Source of the DNA: Gammaproteobacteria bacterium
GTDB taxonomy: Bacteria; Pseudomonadota; Gammaproteobacteria; UBA4575
NCBI GenBank assembly: GCA_965222615.1
Contig: CBDCUI010000008.1
Coordinates: forward strand, 992,001 to 1,056,000
DNA: 64,000 nt
Reading direction: 5' to 3'
This document shows positions 20,454 to 31,152 of this stretch, piece by piece (position 1 is the stretch's first letter; each line of letters begins with the position of its first letter). The translations under genes and the position numbers were made by a program. The notes under the pieces were generated by a model. That model saw nothing but the letters and a program-made list of their open reading frames with translations, was not told the DNA's origin and did not search any database.

Positions 20454-21124
20454 GAATACCTCGGTTCATAGTAAAAATTTCCGTTTTTTACCAACCTAAA
20501 TTGTAGTAGTTGTAGATTTTATTATTATTTGATAATTGTCATTAAACAATCATCCACCACCACAGTAATTCCTGTCGAAACAAAATTATGTGAGCAAGAT
20601 AACAGAAATTAGATCCCTCCTGATTTAAGGGGGTTTTTAATTACACTCAGTACACATGCCAATAAAATGACTAAAACCACCCACAACATATAGATTAATT
20701 GTATAAGGAAAATTAAGGCAATTTAAATAATTATTGAAAAATCAGTAATTGAATATACAGTTAAATTAATGGCCTAACTGAGCTAGCAATGTACAAAAGT
20801 TAAGTATCAAACACTGTGGCAAAATCAAATCAGTTTCATGCATAAACTGACTTTTTAGATAGGTACTTGATTAATATATATATTATGTGGCTAATCGTAC
20901 ATGCTGTTTGTTATTGTATTCAAATGTACTGGACAAGACAGGTAAGATACGTGTAGGTAATTCAACAGAAAAGTCATTAAATATCATTAAATTATTTGGA
21001 AGACTTGGCTCTCGTACGTCATTTCATCACTTATTAACGCACTTTCGACCGAATAGTGATTCACACGGTTTAATGCATAAAAATACTATCTCACCTAGGT
21101 GAAAATGATACCGAGGTTAATTCA

Positions 21125-21355
21125 ATGAGCTATTTTGGTGAGAGTACACTTGAGCATAAGGTTTTGAAATATATGGAAGGCATCAAGAATGCTAATAGTC
21201 TGAAAGACTACGAAATTGTCCGTATTATGAATAAAGTTGTCGATTATTATAGAGATAATCTTGTGTATGAGTTCAACGAAGAAGAAGCAAATACTATTTT
21301 ACAAGAAGCAAATGATTCGGCCATTCAGGCAGCTAAGAACTCTGCAGATTCCTAA
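21125..21355 (+). CDS. Hypothetical protein
   Basis: GAGG SD, 76 aa. Confidence 0.55.
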   Translation: MSYFGESTLEHKVLKYMEGIKNANSLKDYEIVRIMNKVVDYYRDNLVYEFNEEEANTILQEANDSAIQAAKNSADS

Positions 21356-21585
21356 TATAATTTTGTTTATCGGTTTTTAGATCAGAATAGAATTCGTGTT
21401 CATATAATTACTCTATCAAGATAAGTAGTTCGTTTCTTAATACTGTTATTTTTTATTAGTTGTTATTCCATTCGTAAAAGGTTTTCTCGACTTTTATTTT
21501 TAGTAGGTTTGTTTAATAGTTGAAATTAAAGCAACTAAACCAGCAAACATCATTAATCAATAATTACTACTAGATCAAAGTAAAT

Positions 21586-22074
21586 TTAAAGTTCGTTTAA
21601 AGAACTTTTCAAAGATGTAATTGCACTTGTGGAAACCAATATCGCGAATCTTGTAATTGTAACGTTTGGTAAAAAAAGACATGTGACTGCGCCGATAATA
21701 GCTCCATTTAAGGTTTGTTGAACCTGCTTGCTCTGTATTGCTAGACCATGGGCTAAGCGTACGAAATGCTCACAATTAAAGGTTACTAAGTTATAACGGA
21801 TATTGGCACCGATGTAACTTCGAGCACGCTTAAGAATTACATCTGTACAATCTGTCCCTTTTATATTGCTGCCTTCATAAGGTCTGTTTCCTACAACCAG
21901 GTCCCATGGCTCTTCTTGAACACCTGTAGTTCGATGTGAGAGTGAAATTAAATTAGGTTTGCCATTAGTGTAGCGGTCACTCACAATAGCAAAATGTTTA
22001 TAGAACGGATATCGTATACTGATTACAGATCCAGGCTTTAATTTTAGAAGGTGTTCAGTAGCATTCGTATCCAT
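21586..22074 (-). CDS. LRAT-like (permuted NlpC/P60) acyltransferase/hydrolase
   Basis: YKHFAI and YNLVTFNCEHF motifs, C-terminal hydrophobic tail. Confidence 0.8.
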   Translation of the reverse strand: MDTNATEHLLKLKPGSVISIRYPFYKHFAIVSDRYTNGKPNLISLSHRTTGVQEEPWDLVVGNRPYEGSNIKGTDCTDVILKRARSYIGANIRYNLVTFNCEHFVRLAHGLAIQSKQVQQTLNGAIIGAVTCLFLPNVTITRFAILVSTSAITSLKSSLNEL

Positions 22075-22171
22075 AGTGATTTGCTGGACATTATATACTC
22101 ATTAAAGTTTCATTTTACTATAGTTTTGACATATTTTATATTTCAAGCTTTATTTACACTGTTTAATTAAA

Positions 22172-22828
22172 ATGTCTAAAAAAATTTTATCGTTGAGAGT
22201 ATTTTTTGCCACTCTATTGATTATGTATATGGTAGCTTGCTCCCAAGCATATTACGGCACTTTGGAAAAAGTAGGTATCCATAAACGTGATATCTTAGTT
22301 GATCGAGTAGAGGCCGCTAAAGAATCACAAGAGGCTGCAAGAGATCAATTTCAATCTGCCCTTGAGGAATTTAGTTCTGTAGTGAATTTTGATGGGGGTA
22401 ATCTTGAAGAAACCTATAAAAAGTTAAATAAAGAGCTTCAAGAAAGTGAGGCTCGTGCAAATGAGGTTAAAACAAGAATTGATAAGGTAGAAGAAGTCTC
22501 AAAGGCGCTATTTACTGAATGGGAGAAGGAATTAAAGGAGTATGATAGCGATACCCTGCGTAAAAAAAGTGAACAACAACTTATCAATACAAAACAACGC
22601 TATAACCATCTAATGGTATCTATGAGACGTGCTGAGGTTCGTATAGACCCTGTTTTGCGACCATTTAGAGACCAAGTGTTATTTCTAAAGCATAATTTAA
22701 ATGCTAAGGCTATCGCATCTTTGCGTGGGGAGTTGGTTCAGGTAGAGGCCGATACCGATAAATTGATAAGAGAGCTTGAGTTATCAATAGCTGAAGCGGA
22801 TAAATTTATCCAAGAGTCTGAACTCTGA
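22172..22828 (+). CDS. DUF2959-type lipoprotein
   Basis: VAC lipobox, EKVGIHKRDILVDRV, DQVLFLKHNLNAKAI. Confidence 0.85.
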   Translation: MSKKILSLRVFFATLLIMYMVACSQAYYGTLEKVGIHKRDILVDRVEAAKESQEAARDQFQSALEEFSSVVNFDGGNLEETYKKLNKELQESEARANEVKTRIDKVEEVSKALFTEWEKELKEYDSDTLRKKSEQQLINTKQRYNHLMVSMRRAEVRIDPVLRPFRDQVLFLKHNLNAKAIASLRGELVQVEADTDKLIRELELSIAEADKFIQESEL

Positions 22829-23024
22829 GTGAGTTGCCCCCGACAGATTGTTATATATATAGAAAATACTTGGACTGACTAAGATAAATATTAGGTAATA
22901 GCCTTAACTCTAAAGATATCCATTTATTCCTAAATTTATTCCGTTTGTCCTCATGTTTAAAAAGGCTAATCTAATGCCTTGATATAGTCGATCAAATTTT
23001 TTGAAATCTTGGGGATGTAGCACT

Positions 23025-23888
23025 ATGAGTTTATTTTGTGCCAGACAAGGAACCCACTTGCTAAAGTCTTTTTTAATCCCAATTTTTATTAGTAATTGTT
23101 GTGTAAGCCTAGCCTCTGCTGAAGGTATTTTTTCCAGCATTACGCAGTTTACAAACACGAAGGCTATTGAAAAATGTGTCGCGAAAATTAATCGCAATGC
23201 AGATGAATCTCTGGATACAGCTGCGAGACTTTATCAAACCGGCATGTGTTATTTTTGTGTAGGTTGTGACTTAGATGCAGATAATGGACACATATTTGAA
23301 GGTAATCATCCTACAGATTTTACATTACATGATTCATATGTGACGGCATATAAGTTGCTACAACAGGCTGCTGATTTGGGTAATCAACAAGCAAACTATG
23401 GACTAGCAGCATTGATTTATGCAAATGATTTAACTAAGAATAAAATCACTAAAGATAAAATTGCATCACAAGAAATTGAAAAAATTACGCAAAAAGCTAA
23501 TGCAAAAAGCTCTCTTGCAGAGGAAGAATTAAATAATACTATTGAAACTCTTAAAAAAGAGGTTTATGCGAAGCCACAGAATCAAGATTTCAGCACTGAA
23601 ATACATGTTCGCCTGTTGAAAGCTGCCAAGCAAGGTCATATACCTTCACAGTTTGCTCTAAGTCAGGTTTATTCCAGGGGTGTTGGTGTTAAGCCCAATA
23701 AGATTAAAGCCTATGCATGGGCTGCTACTGCGGTTGCACAAGATCCTCCCTTTGGTAGTGATAGAAGAGATATACATGCGATGTATATGAATACTTCTGA
23801 ATTATTTGAAGCAGAATCTTTGGCTGACCGATACATGAAGAAATATACGAATATCTTTGAGCGGCCTTCGGTTACAGTAATGCGTTAA
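23025..23888 (+). CDS. Sel1-repeat protein
   Basis: AAKQGHIPSQFALSQVYSRGVGV...KAYAW; GGGGA SD before ATG 23025. Confidence 0.75.
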   Translation: MSLFCARQGTHLLKSFLIPIFISNCCVSLASAEGIFSSITQFTNTKAIEKCVAKINRNADESLDTAARLYQTGMCYFCVGCDLDADNGHIFEGNHPTDFTLHDSYVTAYKLLQQAADLGNQQANYGLAALIYANDLTKNKITKDKIASQEIEKITQKANAKSSLAEEELNNTIETLKKEVYAKPQNQDFSTEIHVRLLKAAKQGHIPSQFALSQVYSRGVGVKPNKIKAYAWAATAVAQDPPFGSDRRDIHAMYMNTSELFEAESLADRYMKKYTNIFERPSVTVMR

Positions 23889-23898
23889 AACAATAATT

Positions 23899-24031
23899 TA
23901 GGAAACTCTGATTTATTAATGAAATGACTGAGATGAGGCAAAAAATGTTGAGAAAGCGGAGTGTATATACAAATACATGAGCATTTCGAGACATTTTTTA
24001 ACAAAGTATCAGAATAAATCAGAGTTTCCTA
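23899..24031. mobile_element. MITE-like palindromic repeat, copy 1
   Basis: 19-bp perfect terminal IR TAGGAAACTCTGATTTATT; homologue at 50990-51134. Confidence 0.8.
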
Positions 24032-24164
24032 TAGTATTCGAATTGCTTCACAATTTTAGAAGTTATTTGTCACTGGTCTGAAAAAAACCATGTGATATCG
24101 CCTCTACCGGCTTTTGCCAAATAATTGCGCCATAATTTTAGAGTTTATATTGAAATAGTTAAGC

Positions 24165-24941
24165 ATGGGTATATCAAACACGGATGTTTCGAGAAAGCCA
24201 AATCAAAAGTTAGCCAGCACAGACAGCCAAATCATAGATCAAGCTATACAATCGAAACTTAGCAATCAATTTCGGCCTTATTATTTAATAAGTGCCATGC
24301 TTTTTATATTCACCTTACTGGAATGGTATAGGTGGTATGAAGATCTCCCGCCAGCTCCTTTTACGATATCCATCTTATTTTTGGTTTCAGTTGTAATCGC
24401 TTATTTTAAGCAGCAGCAATTTAAACAAGAACTCGGCTTTTTAAGCTATGGAAAGCAGGGTGAGAGACCAATTTCGGATTACATTAGAGATTTATCTAAG
24501 GCAAATAGTCTACGTATTTTTCAAGATGTGAAAGTTGAGGATAATTTTTGCAGCTATGTAATATGTGCGAATTTTGGTGTTTTGGTGATAGACATAATTG
24601 ATTTGCCAGCACCACAAAATGGCGAGGCAATTGTTGCATATAAAAATAATGAGCTGACTCTAAATGGTTATCCAATGGATAGGGATCCTGTAGATGAAAT
24701 GAGGCAGTTGTGCAAAGAACTTCAAAAAGTTTTACAAAAAAGTTCAAGTCAAGATTTTACAATATATGGTGTGTTAGCATTTCCAAAGTGGTATGTTAAA
24801 TCCCATGAATCCTCAGATATTAAAATCATTAATCCAAGGCAATTAACAGGCGTATATCAGGGCCTATTAAATTCGAATACTAACGTAGATCAAGGTATTG
24901 CTTCATATCATATAAATAAATATATACGCGCAAGCAAATAA
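24165..24941 (+). CDS. Membrane-anchored NERD-like domain protein
   Basis: Two TM, G..GE..I, then NERD-like pattern with degenerate catalytic residues. Confidence 0.55.
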   Translation: MGISNTDVSRKPNQKLASTDSQIIDQAIQSKLSNQFRPYYLISAMLFIFTLLEWYRWYEDLPPAPFTISILFLVSVVIAYFKQQQFKQELGFLSYGKQGERPISDYIRDLSKANSLRIFQDVKVEDNFCSYVICANFGVLVIDIIDLPAPQNGEAIVAYKNNELTLNGYPMDRDPVDEMRQLCKELQKVLQKSSSQDFTIYGVLAFPKWYVKSHESSDIKIINPRQLTGVYQGLLNSNTNVDQGIASYHINKYIRASK

Positions 24942-24967
24942 TAATACCTAATCAACTAAGCAATGCT

Positions 24968-25573
24968 TTAGTATTTCAATGATAGATCTGCTTCAAGGAT
25001 AGCATCTACTTCATTTTGTATGATTAATTCTGAAAAAGGTTCTTCTAGATCTAAAAAGATGATATGCATGACCCGCATAAAATCACTCTTTTCATGAGTT
25101 ATGGGAGTTTTGTTAAATTTTGATTTGTATAGGTTTGCAATATTAGAGATTAATATTCGTAAACGCTGTAGTTCATCATCATTGTTTTTTCCTCTGATAT
25201 TATCCGTCGTCCAGCAAATTAAGTCGCGAATATGCATAAGATCGGTTTGTGTCCTATCGAGAATTTCAGGCAAAAAACCTAAACCAGAAAAAGATGCTTT
25301 TGCTTTTAATAAAGGAACTCCAAATGTTGGTAATGTTTGCAGGTCGTGTAAAACCTGATCAATATTATTAGCGATTTCCTCAAATTGCTTTGCAGTTATA
25401 GTAGCTTTTGGAATCTCGAGATTAGTTTTTACAATGGAATAATAGTCTTCAATATACGTTTCAACCTGCCTTATAAACTCATCCACTAAATACTTCTTAT
25501 ATGGAAGTATATTACGAAGTGCTCGCACTGAAAGCGCATCAAGTGAATAATGACTGACTTGGTAGATGGGCAT
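24968..25573 (-). CDS. Hypothetical protein
   Basis: 201-aa ORF. Confidence 0.65.
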   Translation of the reverse strand: MPIYQVSHYSLDALSVRALRNILPYKKYLVDEFIRQVETYIEDYYSIVKTNLEIPKATITAKQFEEIANNIDQVLHDLQTLPTFGVPLLKAKASFSGLGFLPEILDRTQTDLMHIRDLICWTTDNIRGKNNDDELQRLRILISNIANLYKSKFNKTPITHEKSDFMRVMHIIFLDLEEPFSELIIQNEVDAILEADLSLKY

Positions 25574-25651
25574 AGTTATTAAGCATCGTTGTTATTGTGT
25601 ATTATTGCCAAAATTATACTGTGTATTTGCAGCCTAACACATAGAGTTTTT

Positions 25652-27553
25652 CTATTTGAATTGGTTCAATGACTTAGTAACGATTTCTTCAAGTAAATTC
25701 GCATTGGCTTTACTTGGATCGACAGGTTTGCTAGCAATTAGGTTAATTTTACGCCCAATTTTTTTGGGTAAGCCTTGCATTGGCTTGCCATTGAAATTAC
25801 TAAAGTAACTGCCCCACAAGCCCTCCAGCGCCATAGGGATCACCACAACCGGGGTTTCATTAAGTATGCGTTCTATTCCTGGCTTAAAGGTATCTACCTT
25901 TCCATCTGTAGTAAGTTTTCCTTCGGGAAATATCCCAATGACATGGCCATCGTCAAGTTCAGCAGAGACCCGCGTATATGCCTGTTCTAAAAGAACAGGG
26001 TCTTCTTTTTTAGGGGCGATTGGAATGGCATTTGCGGTTTTGAATATAAAGCGTAAAAAAGGGATATTAAATATTTTATGGTACATAACAAAGCGAATAG
26101 GGCGTCGTACACAGCCACCAATAATAAGAGCATCCATTAAGCTAACATGATTTGACACAACAACAGCTGGACCTTGCTCAGGGATATTGTCCAAGCCATG
26201 TTTTTTTACCCGATATATCAAATGCACTAGTATCCAAACAACAAAACGCATAAAAAATTCGGGTATGAGGGTATAGATATACACCGCTACGACTGCATTT
26301 AAGATTGCAGCCACAAGAAATAGCTGTGGAATATTTAATCCTGCATTCAGTAAAAAAATCGCATATAAGCCAGCAGTGGTAATAAAAATTGCATTAAGTA
26401 TGTTATTACCTGCGATAATGCGTGATCGTTTTTTTGGGTTAGACCGAGCTTGTATCAGTGCATATAGAGGTACGATGTAAATACCTCCAAATACGCCAAG
26501 TAAAAATATATCTGCGATCAAACGCCAGTTTGAATGTATTGAAATAAATTCTCTGAATCCTAATAGTTCCGTTGACGCATGTGTGGTCGTAGAGAAAAAC
26601 ACGTCAATGCCAAATAATGTCAGCCCGATTGAACCTATAGGAACTAAACCTAATTCTATTTTTCGATCAGAAAGACGTTCGCATAGCAATGAGCCAACAC
26701 CTATACCGATACAAAATAAAGCTAAGAATAAAGTTACAACTTGCTCATTAGCGCCTAATGATAACCGTGTAAAATTTGGTAATTGAGTGATGTAAGTTGC
26801 GCCTAAAAACCAAAACCACGACACACCTAGTACAGAATTAAATACAGTTTTATTTTCTCTTAAAATATTTATATTGCGAAAAGTTTCTATAAAAGGATTC
26901 CATTTGATATTAAGTTGAGGGTCTACCGCCGGTGCGGTCGGAATACGTAAACTAGCAATGAAGCCAAATATCGCTAATGCGATTATGACGTAAGGAACTA
27001 GCATATTTGAGTTTGAAGATATCCCTATTAAAATTCCACCTAGCATTGTTCCTAACAAAATTGCAATGAAAGTCCCAGATTCAACCAGTGCGTTACCCCC
27101 TACAAGTTCTTCTTTTTTTAAATGTTGTGGAATAATTGAATATTTAATTGGTCCAAACAACGAGGACTGCGTACCCATAAGAAACAAAGCCAACAATAAA
27201 ATAGGGATGTTTTTTAAGTAAAATCCTAAAGATGCAACTAGCATAATCGCTATTTCTGCTAGTTTAATTCGTCTGATTAATAAAGATTTTTCAAATCGAT
27301 CAGCAATTTGCCCTGCTGTAGCTGAGAAAATAAAAAACGGTAATATAAAAAGTATTGCAGCGAGGTTGATGATGTTGTTTGAATGGTCTGAACCAGTATG
27401 GATACTTTGAAAAGCAATTAGTATAAATAATGCATTTTTGAACACATTGTCATTGAATGCACCAAAGAATTGCGTAAGAAAAAAAGGGCCAAACCGTTTT
27501 TCGCCAAGAAGGTGAAATTGGCTATTTTTTTTGGGATGATTTTGTGTCGACAA
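25652..27553 (-). CDS. MFS lysophospholipid transporter fused to PlsC-type acyltransferase
   Basis: TQFFGAFNDNVFK MFS; NHVSLMD and FPEG motifs. Confidence 0.92.
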   Translation of the reverse strand: MSTQNHPKKNSQFHLLGEKRFGPFFLTQFFGAFNDNVFKNALFILIAFQSIHTGSDHSNNIINLAAILFILPFFIFSATAGQIADRFEKSLLIRRIKLAEIAIMLVASLGFYLKNIPILLLALFLMGTQSSLFGPIKYSIIPQHLKKEELVGGNALVESGTFIAILLGTMLGGILIGISSNSNMLVPYVIIALAIFGFIASLRIPTAPAVDPQLNIKWNPFIETFRNINILRENKTVFNSVLGVSWFWFLGATYITQLPNFTRLSLGANEQVVTLFLALFCIGIGVGSLLCERLSDRKIELGLVPIGSIGLTLFGIDVFFSTTTHASTELLGFREFISIHSNWRLIADIFLLGVFGGIYIVPLYALIQARSNPKKRSRIIAGNNILNAIFITTAGLYAIFLLNAGLNIPQLFLVAAILNAVVAVYIYTLIPEFFMRFVVWILVHLIYRVKKHGLDNIPEQGPAVVVSNHVSLMDALIIGGCVRRPIRFVMYHKIFNIPFLRFIFKTANAIPIAPKKEDPVLLEQAYTRVSAELDDGHVIGIFPEGKLTTDGKVDTFKPGIERILNETPVVVIPMALEGLWGSYFSNFNGKPMQGLPKKIGRKINLIASKPVDPSKANANLLEEIVTKSLNQFK

Positions 27554-27568
27554 GGTCAGCGTGCTAGC

Positions 27569-27997
27569 TTAGTGGCAACAAGATTGACCAAACTTTTTTA
27601 AACGCCAGTAATTATAGGGCCAAGGTGTTAAAAATCCTACTATAAGCATTATGGGAATGACCCACCATACAAGTCTGGCACCACCAGTAAGATAATAGTC
27701 GGTAATATTCATCGTAGTTTCCATCGAAATCATGGAAATAAAGCTCATTCCTAAGGCAGTTTTTAAGGCTGCATTAAAGTGCATTCCTCTACGAATTAAT
27801 AAGATAGTTTCAAGAAGTATACTAGTAAGTAGTCCGTTGATGATGGCTAAGGTGAGGATAAAAATAGGGTTTGCATTAATCTTAAAAAATTGGAAAAAAG
27901 CAATGGTTCCAAAGTCTCCAATTGAACAGCCAATTAAACACCACATAGTGTTATACGCACTTTCTCTCCAGGTATTTAAACTAGTCCAAAACGACAT
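27569..27997 (-). CDS. DUF4396-type membrane protein
   Basis: WCLIGCSIGD, SMISME, PYNYWRLKK. Confidence 0.75.
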   Translation of the reverse strand: MSFWTSLNTWRESAYNTMWCLIGCSIGDFGTIAFFQFFKINANPIFILTLAIINGLLTSILLETILLIRRGMHFNAALKTALGMSFISMISMETTMNITDYYLTGGARLVWWVIPIMLIVGFLTPWPYNYWRLKKFGQSCCH

Positions 27998-28012
27998 TGA
28001 TTAATGCTAATA

Positions 28013-28048
28013 AAAAAAGCGTGATAAGCAAGGCTCATCACGCTTTAT
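28013..28048 (-). terminator. Intrinsic terminator
   Basis: AAAGCGTGAT..ATCACGCTTT stem with flanking A-run. Confidence 0.65.
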
Positions 28049-28064
28049 TTAGAGTTAATTGAAT

Positions 28065-28397
28065 TTACGATTTGTAGTCAGGATTAATTGCTCCTTGATC
28101 GAAGTCTAGTTCTACTTCAACATCGGTCTTTAATCTTGACTGACAAGCCAAAATATAGTTTTGCTTGAGCATGTCACCATCTAGAGTATAGGCAAAGTCT
28201 GTTAACTCTTTTACTTTACCGCTTATGAGTTTAGCTCTACACGTACCGCAGGAGCCCACTTTGCAATCACATGGCCAATCAATACCGGCATTCTTTGCTG
28301 CTTGCAATAGATTGATACCGCCTTTGACATCAAATGTCTGGCCTGTATTTTTTATGGTTGCTTTAAAATCCTTATTTTTCCCGCCTAATCCAAACAT
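28065..28397 (-). CDS. 2Fe-2S ferredoxin
   Basis: CKVGSCGTC...LAC. Confidence 0.92.
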   Translation of the reverse strand: MFGLGGKNKDFKATIKNTGQTFDVKGGINLLQAAKNAGIDWPCDCKVGSCGTCRAKLISGKVKELTDFAYTLDGDMLKQNYILACQSRLKTDVEVELDFDQGAINPDYKS

Positions 28398-28557
28398 AGT
28401 ATGTACTCCTATTTCACTTATTTTTTGCAGCTAAGCTAATCGTGACGTGGTATTTAACTAGCATATAAATGAATCATAACGCTTAACTAACATAAGTCGA
28501 AGATTTTTTTACATAAAATGTATTGCTATATGGGTTAAATACTTGAATACCATGATT

Positions 28558-29043
28558 TTATTGTAACAAGCTCCTTAACATCCAAGCGGTTTTTTCATGA
28601 ATTTGCATACGTTGTGTAAGAAGATCGGCAGTAGGTTCATCACTTGCATTTTCCGCTAGTGGAAAGATTTCACGTGCTGTTCTAACCACCGCTTCTTGTC
28701 CTAGAACCAATTGTTGAATCATTTCTTCTGCACTCGGGACACTTGTTTCTTCCTTAATTTGAGTAAGTTTTGCATAACTCGCATATGAGCCGGGTGCATA
28801 AACCCCTAGAGTTTGAATACGCTCAGCTATTTCATCCACGGCAAGAGCAAGTTCGTTATATTGCTGTTCAAACATAGTATGTAATGTCGTGAACATTGGG
28901 CCAGTTACGTTCCAATGATAATTATGAGTTTTTAAGTAAAGGGTGTAGGTATCTGCGAGTAAGCGACTCAAGCCTTGTGCAATTTGTTGTCGTTGCTCTT
29001 CAGCAATACCTATATCGATTCGTGGTTGAACGACTGTATTCAT
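28558..29043 (-). CDS. dps: Dps family DNA protection protein
   Basis: [32 protein letters not shown]. Confidence 0.95.
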   Translation of the reverse strand: MNTVVQPRIDIGIAEEQRQQIAQGLSRLLADTYTLYLKTHNYHWNVTGPMFTTLHTMFEQQYNELALAVDEIAERIQTLGVYAPGSYASYAKLTQIKEETSVPSAEEMIQQLVLGQEAVVRTAREIFPLAENASDEPTADLLTQRMQIHEKTAWMLRSLLQ

Positions 29044-29139
29044 GGCCCAATCTCCTGTGTTAGTAGTGACTAATAATCTTGTGTAGCTATCTTCCTATTT
29101 TGTTTTTCATATTTAAAATTGATAATAATGAAGACTTTG

Positions 29140-29158
29140 ATCGATTTTATAAATCGAT
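29140..29158. promoter_or_regulatory. Palindromic candidate regulator site upstream of dps
   Basis: ATCGATTT-TAT-AAATCGAT. Confidence 0.3.
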
Positions 29159-29224
29159 TATTAGCACTCAAGTTCAGTAGGATAGGTGAACTTAGAGTCA
29201 CTGGCTGTGCAGGCTAATAGAAAG

Positions 29225-30025
29225 TTACCATGGGTAAAGGCTCATCCAATAGGTGCCCCATAATACAAGTCCTAAACCGGTGATCATCCGCATCTTATTT
29301 GCGGAGAAGGGTAGTATTTTTTCTAGTAATACAAAGACTGTTATGAGTATTACCCACAGCATATTCATAACTCCAACGGCAAAAAGTATCGCCATTAGTG
29401 CCCAGCAACAACCCACGCAAAATAAACCATGATGTAGTCCCATTCTAAATGCTCCCCAATTTCCGTCTTGCCAGGCGGTCATTAAAAATCCAAGTGGTGT
29501 ACGACATTGACGCAGGCAGACATCTTTCAGTGGTGTCCACTGATAGAGTCCAGCAAGAATCAATATCCCGCCACTCATGAGATAACTGCGACTGTTCATC
29601 ATAGGATTGAGCAAACCGCTCTCGTGTAGTGGCCATTGAATTACAGTGGCAGCTATACTGAATATTGCCCATGCAACTAAGTACCCACCGAGAAATATAA
29701 AAGTTGAAGCATAGGGCTGTTGTTTAAGCCGTTTATTTTTGTTTACGGTCGAAAACATCAATACCATTGGAGCAGCTGTTGGCGTCATCATGGCAAGCAT
29801 CATGGTTAGCCACATAAAAAATAGCATAAAAAAATCCCACACAGTCCAGATTCTGCTGCCACCTTTGGGCGGCATCCACATATCAACTAAATGCATATTC
29901 TCCATCGCCCATGCCATATAGAACATATAGATCCAACCTACTGCAGCGACCACAAATAAGCCGGCTACAATAATTTTTTTGTCTTCTAGTGAAAGGTTAT
30001 GAGGGGATAATTTCGATACATTCAT
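29225..30025 (-). CDS. DUF2182 membrane protein
   Basis: MMLAMM.P, YQWTPLK..CL..CR.P, CVGCCWALM. Confidence 0.9.
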   Translation of the reverse strand: MNVSKLSPHNLSLEDKKIIVAGLFVVAAVGWIYMFYMAWAMENMHLVDMWMPPKGGSRIWTVWDFFMLFFMWLTMMLAMMTPTAAPMVLMFSTVNKNKRLKQQPYASTFIFLGGYLVAWAIFSIAATVIQWPLHESGLLNPMMNSRSYLMSGGILILAGLYQWTPLKDVCLRQCRTPLGFLMTAWQDGNWGAFRMGLHHGLFCVGCCWALMAILFAVGVMNMLWVILITVFVLLEKILPFSANKMRMITGLGLVLWGTYWMSLYPW

Positions 30026-30227
30026 ATTTATAAAGTTGATTCTATTATAGTTTTTTAACTCATTGATTATTCATTAAATATAAAGATTGTTTAAGTGAGT
30101 AAAAAGGACAAGCCAGGGGGACTATCTATAAGCCTTACTGCGCCAGAGTTACCAAGCTATTGTCACACTGATCTATTATGCTATCGTGTATGTAATTGCG
30201 CATAGATATTATTATGTGAGGTAAAAA

Positions 30228-30833
30228 GTGGCGATTTCAAATTGGAAAGTAGAAGGCACCTATTTCGAATCATGTAACTGTGAAAATGTTTGCCCATGCA
30301 TTTTGTTAAAGGATCCTACCGCAGGGTTTTGTGAAGCCATCGTCGGCTGGCATATTGAAAAAGGTCATTGCAACGATGTTTCTTTGGATGGAGTTAAAGT
30401 CGGGGTTTGGTTGCATGCCCCTGGTAATCTTACCAAAGGCAATTGGCGCTTAGCATTATATGTAGATGATAGTGCAACGGATGAGCAGTTCGATGCAATA
30501 TGTTCACTATGGAGTGGTGAAGGCGACGGTCATTTAGGGGTTATCGCTAGCTTAGTAAGTGAAGTAATGAGCGCTAAAAAGGCGAAAATCACTTATGAAA
30601 GCACGGGTACTAAAAAACATCTGGTGATTGATGGCGTAGGTGAAAATGAAATGTACCCAATGGAGGGTGAAGAGGGTAAACCGGTAATTGTGACTAATCC
30701 ACCGCTGGCTGTAGCACCTGGCAATCCTATTGTTGTGCACGAATCTAAGCGTGCGCGCTACCATGATAATGGCATGGAGTGGTATCAGTCAGGTAAGGCT
30801 GGCTTGGCGTCTCCATTTCAATACGGTCCATAA
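30228..30833 (+). CDS. DUF1326 protein
   Basis: YFESCNCENVCPC...C. Confidence 0.9.
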   Translation: MAISNWKVEGTYFESCNCENVCPCILLKDPTAGFCEAIVGWHIEKGHCNDVSLDGVKVGVWLHAPGNLTKGNWRLALYVDDSATDEQFDAICSLWSGEGDGHLGVIASLVSEVMSAKKAKITYESTGTKKHLVIDGVGENEMYPMEGEEGKPVIVTNPPLAVAPGNPIVVHESKRARYHDNGMEWYQSGKAGLASPFQYGP

Positions 30834-31152
30834 AGCTGTTCGTTTAAGTACACAGATCAGGTGTAGCTAATTCTAGCCAAAATGCTGTATGGCTTGAGTT
30901 TATAAATAACTCACTGAAATGCTGTGAGGTGCTGTCCATGTCGTATATATTTTACTATGGCTAGTTGAACGGCTCGTATAGATAAATTATTCACTCACTC
31001 GATTAGATCACTGTTTTTTTCATCTCAGCAGCTAAAATTCATCACTAATCAATACATTGGAGTTGAATTAAAGGGAATTTGATCAGCTTTGCCAAGGCTT
31101 TATCCTTGCTAAATCTGTATGTGTAAAGCTTTACACGATCCCTCCTTGCATC

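Noticed and set aside
20887-21102. 71-aa ORF
   Set aside because: GTG start, no SD, no recognisable features in AT-rich intergenic DNA.
12584-22100. Integrative genomic island at tRNA-Arg(TCG)
   Set aside because: Accessory-looking content, but I found no integrase and no distal tRNA 3' repeat.
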